Shown here: positions 16,398 through 29,807 of the stretch, piece after piece
Layout: every line of letters begins with the position of its first letter
Position numbering within the stretch: the stretch's first letter is position 1
From: Eledone cirrhosa
Taxonomy: Eukaryota
NCBI GenBank assembly: GCA_964016885.1
Contig: OZ024742.1
Coordinates: 367,908,001-367,972,000, forward strand
Reading direction: 5' to 3'
Length of the DNA stretch: 64,000 nucleotides
Position numbers and translations under genes: made by a program
The notes under the pieces: model-generated
The model's input: only the letters and a program-made list of their open reading frames with translations
What the model was told of the DNA's origin: nothing
Database searches by the model: none

Positions 16398-16435
16398 TCC
16401 CTCTGAAGAAGAGATATTATCTCGAAAATTAAGGA
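16398..16435 (+). ncRNA. Minimal hammerhead with loop-less stem III (mirror 12659-12696, minus strand)
   Basis: cct-CTGAAGA-a gagata t tatctc-GAAA-at-TA-agg, in the pLTR of the PLE. Confidence 0.75.
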
Positions 16436-16612
16436 CATTTAAATAAATCTAAGGTAAAAGACGATTTGTCAACAATATCTTTTGCAATTGCATTCTTTTT
16501 TCTATGTCCATACCTGCATTGTTTTGGCTTTATTATACATATTCAAACGTTTATACCTCATTACACAATGATTCAAGTGAACTATAACCTCCTCCATATA
16601 TATACATGTATA

Positions 16613-16657
<45 letters not shown>

Positions 16658-16677
16658 ATAAATATATATATATACAC

Positions 16678-16769
<92 letters not shown>

Positions 16770-16794
16770 GTATATATGTATATATACATATATG

Positions 16795-16832
<38 letters not shown>

Positions 16833-16836
16833 TACT

Positions 16837-16918
<82 letters not shown>

Positions 16919-17002
16919 AAAGTTCTATTTAAATTGTTGGGATACAAGAAGTAAATATTTTTATAACTGATATAAAACACTCAACAAATATTTGGAGTAA
17001 AA

Positions 17003-17178
17003 ATACGATATTAACAAATGGAAACTATATTTATAAAACCATATTTATTTCATTATACATATTTCAAGGACACCAAGTTAAATTATGAAAGCACACCACA
17101 ATTTAACTTGGTATCCTTGAAATATGTATAATGAAATAAATATGGTTTTATAAATATAGTTTCCATTTGTTAATATCG

Positions 17179-17181
<3 letters not shown>
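17003..17181. repeat. Fold-back repeat (arms about 82 bp) containing the 3' half of an HHR
   Basis: Arms 17003-17084 / 17100-17181. GAAAtatgtaTAat matches the 3' half of the HHR at 34054-34116. Confidence 0.85.
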
Positions 17182-17209
<28 letters not shown>

Positions 17210-17531
17210 CTCACACCGCACTCATGGCGTACGATCTGCTTCTCTGACCGCTCATGTGATTCACCCAGATTATGCTGATCGGATAGCTACCATGTGGCTT
17301 GCTGTTTTCTAACCTTCGGTTTGCTTTTCCTTCTGTTGTTTACTTGTCTCACTCGCTTTACGTGTTTTACTTGTCCCAATAGCTTATTTTAGTTATTGCT
17401 CGCACCAACCTGAGGTATCTGATTTTTAATGCGATGAAATACCAATGATGGTTGGCAAAATCACTGATGAGGGACTAATTTTATAATATGTAATCCATGT
17501 GCAACCATGCAGTATTCTTCTTCCCCTTGTT

Positions 17532-17597
<66 letters not shown>

Positions 17598-17881
17598 GTT
17601 AAAGTTCTGGAGAATAGAGGAAAGGTGTTTCCTCAAAAACCAGTATGACTCTAAAAACCGGTTTGTCTGTGTGTTTACATACAGAATAGCTGGCCACTCA
17701 CAGTAAAGTGACCAGTGAAAAAACTTGGTACATCTACATATGTATACGTGTGTGTATTCATATACATACTAGTATTTCAGTATACATATATGGATGTACA
17801 TCTTTAACTTAATTGTTTAAGCGTCAGTCATACAAAAGTGAGTTACAAACGAAACGAAATTTAATTTCGTTTCGTTATTTG

Positions 17882-17937
<56 letters not shown>

Positions 17938-17939
<2 letters not shown>

Positions 17940-18438
17940 ACTGGGCTGTGGGAGTGAATAGACGTGTTTCTATTGCTCTCTACCAAGTGAGTAGCCAGCT
18001 TCACAGCTTTAAAGCCTATTTTACCGAACATATATATGTATATATATTTGTAACCACGTGCTTTTCCTACCAACTCGTAAGTACGTTTCCTTAACTACAG
18101 ATTATTATATACTCGTTTTTCTCTTAATATCTTCAAACAACCAATTAACCAAAAACTTTTAACAACCTTAAACAAACAAATAACCAAATCTCACATCCAT
18201 AAAAGAGAATACACTTCTATATATATATACGCTACCTTAATATCTTCAAATAACCAAAGGGTCACTCACATAAGGAAAAAGTATATACAAATACACGGGC
18301 TTTCCCTACAAACTCGCAAGTAAGTCTTCTTAACTACAAACTATTATATACACTCGTTTTTCCCTGGATATCTTCAAACAACCAAATAACCAAAAACTAT
18401 TAACACCCTCAACGAACCAAACTCACATCCATAAGAGA

Positions 18439-18488
<50 letters not shown>

Positions 18489-21400
18489 GTGATTATTTAA
18501 TTTCTACAAATAACCAAAGTCTCACTCACGTATCAAATAACAAATATCTTAAAACGCACACACGGGTGAAACAAAAGAATATGACTACTAACCAGCAAGC
18601 CCACAACGTACGAAATTGGTCTGAAAATGAAATTGACCTCTTAATAAACACATGGTTTTCTCTGTCCCAAACAATAAACATTAACGTGTCGTGTCTGAAT
18701 AATTGCTGAAAACACAGCTCAAACATTTACCACGAGGTCTGTTAAGCAGATACACAACAAACTAAAACATGTAGAAGTCTCTTTCAAACTAATTCAAAAC
18801 CATTTTGAAAAACTTCAACATATTTACTCCAATGGACAAACACAACAACAGCATCAACTACAACAACAGCATCAACTACAACAACATCAACTACAACAAC
18901 AACAGCCACAACAACAACAACAGCCACAACAACAACAACAGGCACAACAACAACCAGAAAGCCAGGAGCAACCACTACTGAATTCAAGCATAATAGCTGA
19001 ATTACTGAATGACAGTATCACTCAGCCATCACCATCCCCACCGTCACCATCTTCTGCCACATCAACTGCTAGTAATGGACCACTGCTCTCTCCCCCACCA
19101 CAGTTGTCATCATCATCATCACCACTAATGCTTTCTCCCCCACCCCACATCATCACCACAACCATGCCATAGTCAAAAGAACTTTTAAAAAAAAAGATCT
19201 ATGGAGCTGTATGCACCCCCCACTACACATACTAGAAACCCTAAAATATGTCGCTACTCACTACGTCAGAGGCTATGCACACGTAGCGACTGTATATTTA
19301 ACCATTTACCGGGTACTAGGCGCACTAACACTGCCAACCAACACCAAAGCACGCTGCCCGCACGTATAGGTCGCAGTCCCAAAATCTGCCAACATTCCCG
19401 ACGTGAGAGGCTGTCTGCTGACTGACTGTCCCTTCACTCATCTTCCAGGGACACAACGCACGAACAGAAAAGGGGCTTCATGCCAAACCACAAACCACAA
19501 TAAAGCCACCCCCTGCTGCGGTAATGCTGCTCCAGTCGCCTCACAAAGACACGATTACAACAATTACAACAACAAAAGTAATGCTGCTCCAGTCTTTTCA
19601 CAAAGACACGATCACAACAACAACAAATACAACAACAACAAAAATAACGCTGCTCCAGTCTTTTCACAAAGACACAATTACAACAAATACAAAAACAACA
19701 AAAGAGAGAACTGCAACCCTATCCAATGTTGTAACCACAAATCCAATCAAAAACTGCTCCCTAAACAAACAAAAAAAATCTTCCTTTTTTAGCCATGAAC
19801 CTGGCAAAAGGGATAGAGAAAAACATTTTAGCCATCACCCAACACTATCCTTGCTGTCACTAACACACAATCACAAAACAAGCCCCCTGCAACAGTCAAA
19901 ACCAGCCACCACACAAGCCTCCACATTCTTACTCAATACACAAGGTATCAGCCCATCCATCAATGCACAGAAATGGAAGGTCCAATTCATTGAGGATTGG
20001 GTTGGTAACAATCCATTTCACATCCCCTTCTTCATTCTTACTGAGACCCACCTTGACAACTCCCACTTGAAGGCCGAAGTAAGAGTGAGAAATTTCACAA
20101 CCATCCGTGCGGATCGTGTTGGTAGAGGGAAGGGTGGAAGTGCCATTTTCCTGCATGATTCCTTTACGGCAGATGGCAACACAACATTCTCTAATGGAAA
20201 CTGTGAATCAGTCACTGTGCACAATAAAGCCAATGACCTGACATTAGTTGGGCTCTATAGGCCACCACAAACACCCATAATCTGCTTCAAAGAATGCCTC
20301 AACAGTATTAAATGCTTTATTAAACAGTGCCATTCTGGCAACATACTTTTGATGGGAGACTTTAATCTACCCTGTGTCAATTGGTCTACATGTAGTTTGA
20401 AACCAGGCTCCACAGCCTCAACCACTGACAAAGAGGCTGTCGAATCACTTCTTGACTTCATGAATGAGTTTTATTGTCCCAACTTATCCTTGCACCAACG
20501 AGGCATCAGAAGAACATTCCGGATCTAGTGTTTAGTAACCACACTAACACTATACATAATATTACAGTGGAAAAAACCCTTCTCTCAGACCATGATATGG
20601 TTCTTTGTAACCTGAGATTCCACCAGCCGATGGCTAATCCCAGGGTCCTCTCTCCAGCCCACTCATTTGATAACATGGATCTCTAAAATGCTAACTGGAA
20701 TGCAATTATGAACGAACTATCGCATGTCGACTGGTCTTTTACACACGCACACACTACTACCAACATCAAAACATCTTGGCAGATTTTTGTAGACACTGTC
20801 ACAAATATATGTACAAAACACACCCCACCAAAACCTGTGAAAAAAACCAAGTGCAGTATCCCCAAAAACAGAAAAACAATTATCAGAAAAATAAAAAGAA
20901 CAAACAAAGAAATTAACACACTAAAATACTGCCAACAGAAACACACGCGTTCAATGGCTATCACCCTGCTTGAGTCAAAAAAATATAACCTCCAGTAATG
21001 CATGATGACCATCATCAATAACCAGAGAATAGCTGAAGAGAGGTGGGCCATTGAGAAAATCAAACTCAACCCCAAAGTGTTCTTTTCATTTGCTAAAAAA
21101 CACAAGGTCCCCGTCTCCACTGTTGGCCCCTAGTTGATGAAAATGGCACACTCCAAGACAATGCCAAAACCATGGGCGAGATACTGCAGAAACAATACTG
21201 CTCTGTTTTCAGCAATCCTGATATGGCCGATCTGGGCTGTATCAGTGATGTTAACCCCCAACACACTATATCAGACATAACGTTTGGCGCCCCTGATGTC
21301 TTAGCGGCAATAAACGAAATTAAACACAATTCAGCAGTAGGCCCTGACAAGTTCCCTGCTTGTGTCCTGAAGGTGTTTTGATACCAACTTGCAACACCTC

Positions 21401-22948
21401 TTGCTAATCAGTGGAGGAACTCACTGGACACTGGCTATATTCCTGAAAACTTTCTGTCCCAGTCTGTTGTCCCAGTCTTCAAAAAGGGAAATAAGTCCCT
21501 TGCAGGGAACTACCGTCCCATCTCACTCACATCTCATATTATCAAGATATTTGAGAGGGTGGTGAGATCACGAATAACCCACTTTCTTGAAAGCAACGGC
21601 CTGCTGAACTCCAACCAACGTGGGTTCCGTAATGGAAGGGACTGCCTAACACAGCTCCTGCATCACTTTGACAATGTTTTGAGGGCCTTGGGAGAGGGCT
21701 CCAACACTGATGTCATCTACCTTGACTTCAGCAAGGCCTTCGACAGGGTTGATCATAAGATTCTACTGAAAAAAACTATCCAATGTTGGTGTCTCTGGAA
21801 GGTTACTGCAGTGGATCAAATGTTTCCTGACACGCAGAACCCAACATGTTGTAGTAGAAGGAGTAAAATCACGCCCTGCCAAAATCAGCAGTGGCGTCCC
21901 ACAAGGCACTGTGTTGGGCCCACTTCTTTTCATCATCTACATTAATGACATTGCTGACATCATCAAGCACAGCAACATCAGAATCTTCGCAGATGATTCC
22001 AAGCTCCAAAGGGTCATCAATGAGGTGGGTGACCGGACTTGCCTTCAGTCAGACCTACTGGCTGTTATCCAATGGGCAGAAATGAATAATATGCTGTTGA
22101 ATGAGGATAAATTTGAATTAATCCACTTTGGAAAAAAAGATGCCCTGAAACTACTATACTCTCTTCCTTCGGGTGAAACTCTAGTGGCATCCAATAACAT
22201 CAGAGACCTGGGAGTAATTGTGGACAACAACATACGCTTGGCCACTCATATAAACAGCAAAGTTGATATGGCCCGCAGAATGTGTCCCTGGATTCTTAGA
22301 ACTTTCCAGTCGAGAGATATCCACACTGTTATCCTTGTCTTCTCCACTTTTGCCCGACCCCACCTTGAATACTGTTGTCCGCTGTGGTCACCCCACACGA
22401 AACAAAGTATTATGAAAGTTGAAGCACCCCAAAGGTCAATTACAAAAAAGATAGATGGCATGACAGGCCTTGACTATTGGAGTCGATTAGAAAAGCTCAA
22501 CCTTTATTCTCTCCAACGTCGCCGTGAGCGCTACATTATCTGTATGATGTGGAAATATTCCATCAGCTTTGCCCAAATGATGTTGGCATCACCTTTAGTG
22601 TACACCCAAGGCTTAGGCCCCGTGCTATCCGCCCGCGACAGAAATCTCACTCGCATCTCATAACAACAATACGGCACAATTATTTCACCTCAATTGGCCC
22701 TTCACTCTTTAACATTACACCAAAACACATCAAAGCAGAGACAGACCCCATCAAGTTCAAGTGGTCTTTGGATAAATTCCTTCAAGAAATCCCGGATAAG
22801 CCTCCTACACCCGGATATGCCTCCGTAAACAATAACTCTCTGCTCGAGTGGGCCATTGTGCCCAAACACTGATTTGTAAGACTTCGCCAGGTGGTGCTAT
22901 TAAGTTAGACATGGCCTGGGCCAATACTGGCCGAAACTTATCAAGGTT
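17938..22948 (+). mobile_element. Near full-length CR1-group LINE, degenerate, inserted in (TA)n
   Basis: 5' UTR has a roughly 240-bp tandem duplication (about 18055 and 18295). ORF1 remnants carry CCCH-like fingers. ORF2 APE: ILTETHL, RADR..GG, GLYRPP, MGDFNLP.VNW. ORF2 RT: YRPISLTS, YLDFSKAFDRVDH, SGVPQGTVLGPLLF, FADDSKL, RPHLEYC..LWSP, SLQRRRERY, LDKFL..IPD.P. Confidence 0.92.
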
Positions 22949-23579
22949 ATATATATATATATATAGTAATAATAATAAATTTGAAGACTAAAATCCAAAG
23001 AGGGCCGATAAGGATAAATATATATCACTAAATATATATATATATATATAGTATAGTTAAGTTAGGCTTAAAATGGAATGAGAATAAGCAGAGAGCAAGA
23101 ACGGAGGGAGGGGGTTCCTCATCAGTTGTCTACCGGAGGTCTCGGATATTTCAACGCTTTAAAGATAAGATATCTACCGCTTAGAACGTTCAATAACTGG
23201 GTAAGTTATTGTGAAAACGGAGGAGGGAGGGAAGGAAAATAGAAGGGAAAAGGGAAGAAAAGAGAAAACAGCAAAAAAAGCAACAAACCGAGGAATGTGC
23301 GAGTAACTGAAGGCAAGAGAATCCAATACCACAGCGATAACAGAACTTAAGTTCGAGAGCATCTGGGCGAACGAAAAGACACGTCTGACCCCAGCGAGTG
23401 TAAGTGAGAAAAGGGCTGCTAGAAGGTCAGGCGAGGGAAACAATGAAGTGGCAAGCAGAGAGAGGATGAGTGAAAATGAGAGGGTGCGTGTGTGTATGTA
23501 TGTATGTATGTATGTATGTTTGTATGTATGTATGTATGTATGTATGTATATATATATAATGTATATAATATATATATAG

Positions 23580-24192
23580 TTTGTGTCAGGTCACCAGTTG
23601 GTGCTACTGGTAACATGTATCCCAGTACAACCTGTCCCATGGTCGGGTCGTTGACGATTAAACTGGCAACCCCACCAAGGTTTCTTGGTGAGGTGGGTGA
23701 CTTTGGACATCCTGCAGGACTAAAAACAAAACCTGTTAAAGGGCAAAGGAGTTCTTAAGAGTCAATGGCCATCCAAAATCACCGGGAGAGATGACCCCTT
23801 AGCCTTTGTCAAGGCAGAATTCTAGGAGACGGAAAACTCTGATATAACACCTGCAACCCTGATGGTATCCAATGATGTTGACTTGTTCTTCTTTTTGGTA
23901 AATATCATCTTGGTTAAGAGAGTGGGACTGGCTTTGTGCAGTGCCTTTGTCACTATAAAAGCTTCACGGCACAGGCATTGCTTTATATCTGGAGATCTCT
24001 CTGCACTTGTCATCACATGGTACCATGGGCCCAGCACTATGTGTCAATAATTGTCACAAGTATGGTGTTTGTACCAGAGTTTTCAAGTCGCTGGCTGGAC
24101 TAAAAAGTCACACTCGTTCAGCGCATCGGTAGGGGTTCTCCTACATGGATATAAAGTAGTGACCGTACTCGAAAACGAGTTGGCAGCCACCA
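23580..24192 (+). mobile_element. Internally deleted RTE-clade LINE (5' UTR joined to 3' end)
   Basis: RTE-like 5' UTR motif tctaggagacggaaaactctga at 23821. C-terminal Zn-finger remnant GVCTRVFKSLAGLKSHTRSAHR* at 24064-24132. 3' hairpin actcg-aaaa-cgagt. Confidence 0.6.
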
Positions 24193-24363
24193 TATATAAA
24201 AATAGAATTAGGATTTAGTTTCGAGCATAGCTGTATACACATATGTACTGGAATTTCGTATTTCTAAAGAAATATGGTATGTTTATAAATATACATTTAC
24301 ACAGACGAGAAAACTATATATTCTCGCCTGTATCAAAGTCAAGCAGTTGCAAGAGCGGGAGGG

Positions 24364-24409
24364 ATCATCCTGACGAAAACCAGTTCAGTTCGAAATGCGC
24401 ATCGATGAT
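24364..24409 (+). ncRNA. Type I hammerhead between short inverted repeats (about 24243-24299 / 24482-24538)
   Basis: atcatc-CTGACGA-aaac cagttca gttc-GAAA-tgcgca-TC-gatgat; AUC site, palindromic stem III. Confidence 0.85.
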
Positions 24410-24755
24410 TGTCCCCCTTGCTTCTGCTGGAGACGGCCAGGTGGCGATGGCCGCTGGTGTTTTTGCATAGCTACAGCTTTTTAAATGATTATTTATAAAC
24501 ATACCGTATTTCTTTAGAAATACGAAATTCCAATATATATATACAAACAACAAAGAAAGTGTGGTAAGAAACCAGGTGGACCATACTACTGGTTTCGTTC
24601 GAATCTAGCTGTCGAAACCGCCAGAGCTCAGCCGTCGGGGTCCTGACTCTTTATTTTATATACACACATACACACACACATATATATATATATTAGAAAG
24701 TGAGGTTTTTTTATACAAATTGAAAAATAACCGAGGTGTCCTACACGAGTGAAAG

Positions 24756-24870
24756 TATAAAGAAAAAGAGATGAAATCGAAAATGCAACTGGAGTCTTAT
24801 TTTTTTTTTAAATATATATATTTTTAAAAAAAATAAGACTCCAGTTGCATTTTCGATTTCATCTCTTTTT

Positions 24871-24877
<7 letters not shown>
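24756..24877. repeat. AT-rich palindrome
   Basis: tataaagaaaaagagatgaaatcgaaaatgcaactggagtcttattttttt and its reverse complement surround a short TA core. Confidence 0.9.
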
Positions 24878-24914
<37 letters not shown>

Positions 24915-24917
<3 letters not shown>

Positions 24918-25100
24918 TCATCATCATCGTTTAAGGTCCATCTTCCATGCTAACATGGGTTAGACGGGTTTTTTGTCCCAGCTATAGGCAAGTTGGGTCG
25001 GGTGACCGTGTCTCGCTCATATATGACTGTTTCTGGCTGGTTTTCTACGGCTGGATGCCATTCCTAGTGCCAACCCCATTTACAGTGTGCTCTGGGTGAT
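24915..25100 (-). mobile_element. SINE 3' fragment with (GAT)n tail (second SINE family)
   Basis: Minus strand: ggcatccagccgtagaaaacc ... ccgtctaacccatgttagcatggaagatggaccttaaacgatgatgatga. Confidence 0.7.
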
Positions 25101-25283
25101 TTTTGCCCTGTCCTTTACACGACCACTTTACAGTGTGGACTGGATGTTTACGTCCATTTTCCACGCTAGCTCTCTCTCTCTATATATAGAGAGAGTGAGA
25201 GAGAAATTAACATAAAACTATTTAAGTCCTGTTATACCTTACATTGCAGGCTAAAAAGTATATTATGTGGAACTTATATACTA

Positions 25284-26658
25284 CTAGCTGGCCCGTCAGG
25301 CTGGCCCTCGGCTAGGTATTTTATCTTTTCAGGAATCCCTCCTCCACTCCAGTGCAAAGATTCCGCACGCGAGTGGGGGAGTGTTAACGTGCTTTGATGT
25401 TGGGTTTGAATAGTTTTTAGGATTCCCCAGTTCAGCAACCAGTACGTTAAAGAAAATTGATAGTTACAGCAATAAAGGCTCAACAGAGAACACATGTTTT
25501 AACAAACAATAATTTGTACAACTATAATGGAAATTCCAAGTAACAGAAAATATTTAAATTACATTGTTAGAGCCTCAGAGTATACAATATATTTTGTTCG
25601 GCCCTCCGGAGCAAAGATGAAGAGATTGTTTGGCGAGCTCACCCTAGAGCATCCTACATACAATTGACCATGGGAGAAGCACTGATCTCGTAGCTCGTCT
25701 CACGGAGAAGCTCTGTAGACGACCTCTGGACACTCCTGTCAGGAGCAGGTAAGTTGTAGTGACTTAGAGGCCTACCACTAATCTCCAGGACACTGATTTC
25801 AAGACAAATGAGCGCTTCATTGAAAACGACATCGTATGTTACGTTCGGATGTGCGGTGGAGGATGTCCTCAGCTAGACTTTTACGGTGGTTGTTCCACAT
25901 TGGGAGAGGGTCGGCGAGATCGCAGTTGTGCAGCATAATAGCAAAAAGGTTTTCGCAGCTGAGAAGGGGCTTTAACAGTTTTTGGTTATTGCAGGGTGAG
26001 GTACCAATTGCTGTCATTGTGTAACATACCACGCATCTGGCAAGCCTAACGGTAAGTGGAACATTGATGGCTATTGATGGTTCTCAGATCTTGGAAAGAC
26101 TGTGGTCCTCTAACCTCGAACAGTAACAATGGCGATAAGCCGTCTGTGCTTTCGTGAAATAAATAGGTGTTTGCTTTTGTATTTGAAAACATATCTGTAC
26201 ACGAATATATATATTAAAATAACATTAAAGTTTAAGCAAAGAATCGCTGCTTTCACCCTTAACTAAAAAAAATCAGTCTGTGAACGCAGAAGTAAATATT
26301 TCGAAAAACGTTATCTAATGCAGACAGTCAGACATACAGAGACATATTATAAGGGCGCTACGTTATAGCTATGTATCTATCTAAAAAGACAGACTAAGAA
26401 AAAGAGGGGAATGTTGTGCGACGTCATAAGGAAAAGTGAGGAATGACGTATAACCGGAAATGTTGACATTTGAAATTTTAAAGAAGTGAATATTTAAATA
26501 ATGTCTTTAATCTTTTAACAAAATTCAGTAGACAAAAATACCCTCACTTTTTTTACTTGGAAAAAGTTACATCTATGGTGCAAATTTGGTGCTGTCTGGT
26601 CTAGCCGTTTGGCGGAAAGTTTGTTACATACATATGGCCGTCAGCTTTATAGTATAGG
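25284..26658 (-). mobile_element. Internally deleted Helitron
   Basis: Minus-strand RepHel remnants LLFEVRGPQSFQDLRTIN, LFAIML..CDLADPL..W..HRKSLAEDIL and the helicase C-terminus CFSHGQLYVGCSRV...TKYIVYSEAL*. 3' GC hairpin plus CTAG followed by T. 5' end (T>C)CTATACTATAAAG. Confidence 0.88.
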
Positions 26659-26667
26659 TATATTTTA

Positions 26668-26832
26668 ATTGTTTCTACTTTTGGCACAAGGCCAGCAATT
26701 ATCCCAGTGTATTACTGGTACTTTATTTTATCGACCCCGCAAGGATGAAAGGCAAAGTTAACCTCGACGGGATTTGAACTCAGAATGGCAAGGGCCGTAA
26801 CTCTATGCGTCAAAGCATGGCGTCCGACTCTT
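26668..26832 (-). mobile_element. tRNA-derived SINE (same family as 4698-4887)
   Basis: gtttctacttttggcacaaggcc...tcgacccc..aaggatgaaaggcaaagttaacctc..gggatttgaactcaga. Confidence 0.82.
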
Positions 26833-26959
26833 AAGGTGTAATTATGTATAGTTTATCAAAAGTAAAAATAAGATGAGGTTTGAGCTGGAGTATATAAGGA
26901 GAGATTATAGAGTGATTGGATGAGAATGTGAGGGGGGATTATAAAGACTGACTGAATGA

Positions 26960-27164
26960 GAGAAAGATGAAGAGAATGAGACTGAGAGAGAGGGGGGTAG
27001 GGAGAGAAAATTCATAAAGACTGATTGAGTGAAATAGAGAGGGGGTGGCAGAGAAGGAGTTGGAGGGTGAGAAAGAGAGAGAGACAGAAGGAGATGGTGA
27101 GTGAGAGAGGGAGAGGGAGAGGCAGAGAAGGAGATGGTGAGTGAGAGAGGGAGAGGGAGAGAAG

Positions 27165-27195
<31 letters not shown>

Positions 27196-27517
27196 GTGCT
27201 GAGTGAGATAGAGAGGGAGAGGCAGAGAAGGAGGTGGAGAGTGAGAGTGAGAGAGAGAGGGGGAGATGGAGAGTAAGAGAGAGAGGGAGAGGGAGAGAGG
27301 GGAGAGAATGAGAGAGAGAGGGAGGGAGAGGAGGAGATGGAGAGTGAGAGACAGAGAAGGAGAGAGAGAGGGAAAGAGGGAGGGGGGAGAGGGAGGGGAG
27401 GGAGAGGGAGAGGGAGGGGAGGGAGAGGGAGAGAGATATATAATGAAGCAGTGATCTCCAAAGAAAGTCATCAGACAGAGTGAAGTTGCGTGAATGTTTG
27501 ATTGATATCTACTGAGA

Positions 27518-27559
<42 letters not shown>

Positions 27560-27631
27560 CTCTATCTATCTCTATCTATCTCGCTCTCTCTATCTCTATC
27601 TATCTCTATCTATCTATCTATCTCTCTCTCT
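26960..27631. repeat. Purine-rich (GA/GGA) tract followed by a (TC)/(TCTA) tract
   Basis: Direct inspection. Confidence 0.9.
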
Positions 27632-28250
27632 CGTCGCACACGCATTTGTACACTGCCCGGGCGTTACCGACCTGTGGAGCTATGTAGAACGACTATTGTC
27701 GCGGGTGGGACCAATCCAGTTGACCACCGAGTCCATTGTCATGATCAAACCGCCACCCTCCTTCAAAAACGAGGGAGAGGCGGTTTTCCTATGTGTTATG
27801 GCTATGGTGAAAGAGGTTATATGGTGGACGAGGTTTAAAGGGCTGAGGTCAGACACCTTTCTCTGCAGCGAGCAACTGATTCGTTTTTTCAAATAACATT
27901 TTGGTAGAAGAATCAGGATGAAGAGAGAGGTGCTGTACCCCAGCAAATTTTATAAAAGGTGGGTGAATATGGCAAAGATGGCCCGAGTGGTTGGGCCTTC
28001 TCTCTATATAAGCCTGTAGGTTAAGGAAAAAGAGGAAGAGAGGAAGGGTGTACTCACTCTTGGTGCTCCTGGAGATGAGGGTTGTACATTTTCTCGGGGT
28101 GTGTACAACCCCTGTGTAACGCCTCCCCCCTATTGGGGATTTCAATTGTTATTTGTTATTTTATTAATAGTTTTATTTTCATATACCTGTATGTAAACTC
28201 CCCATTTGTATTTGTCCCCTTCTTTTGTGCCATTGTGGCTAATAAATGCT
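27632..28250 (+). mobile_element. 3' fragment of an L1/Tx1 LINE (ORF2 C-terminus + 3' UTR)
   Basis: VAHAFVHCP.V.DLW (end of the L1-type CCHC motif), AMVKEVIWWTR, F.KRW; AATAAA at 28241. Confidence 0.72.
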
Positions 28251-28484
28251 GTTGAAATGTTGGGTAAATACTCTATTGTGGCCAACCGCCAAGAGGCTGC
28301 TTTCGGTTATTTATCAAATATTTCTTCATAGGCGCCTTTATTCTTATAGCCTGGTCTAATTGATTTTTTGTATGGTTAATTATGCTAATTGGGAGAGGAA
28401 ATTGTATATATTTTATCTAATAATTCGCGGGACATGATTTATGATATATATATATGTATGTATATATATATATATATATATATA

Positions 28485-29474
<990 letters not shown>

Positions 29475-29528
29475 TTCAGAATTAGTCGTCGAAACGGCTT
29501 GAGCTCAGCCGTCGGGGTCCTACTCGTT

Positions 29529-29623
<95 letters not shown>

Positions 29624-29626
29624 ATT

Positions 29627-29663
<37 letters not shown>

Positions 29664-29807
29664 ATATATATATGTAGATAAATCTACCAAGAGTTTACGG
29701 TAGTGTCCAATCCGTATGAAGAACTCAATGTATTCCGGATATCATGGAAAGAAGAGATGTAATGAAAAACCACTTTCGGTGAAAGATAAACGGTATACAG
29801 AGTCAAG

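Larger units (their letters stand above)
12538..16596 (+). mobile_element. Penelope-like retroelement (RT + C-terminal GIY-YIG with Cys motif, Neptune/Nematis-like) with a 1.42-kb 5' inverted duplication
   Basis: Inverted arms 12538-13957 / 15139-16555. The ORF reads LSREELDLLSLGPKF, IRPIVS, FSLDVVSLYT, YRQTTGLPMGSSLS, RYVDD, LSLLDF, VVYRLECDKCNNFYVGSTTRPLHIR. Flanked by (TA)n. Confidence 0.93.

Noticed and set aside
17455-17500. CTGATGA followed by a possible stem II
   Set aside because: No GAAA or stem III follows; at most a decayed HHR.
23095-23130. Minus-strand CTGATGA-ggaac..gttc
   Set aside because: GAAA and cleavage triplet are absent.
28290-28340. HHR-like ATGAAGA..CGAAAGC in the dispersed repeat (also about 6795)
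   Set aside because: Core C3 and the UH site are missing in both copies.
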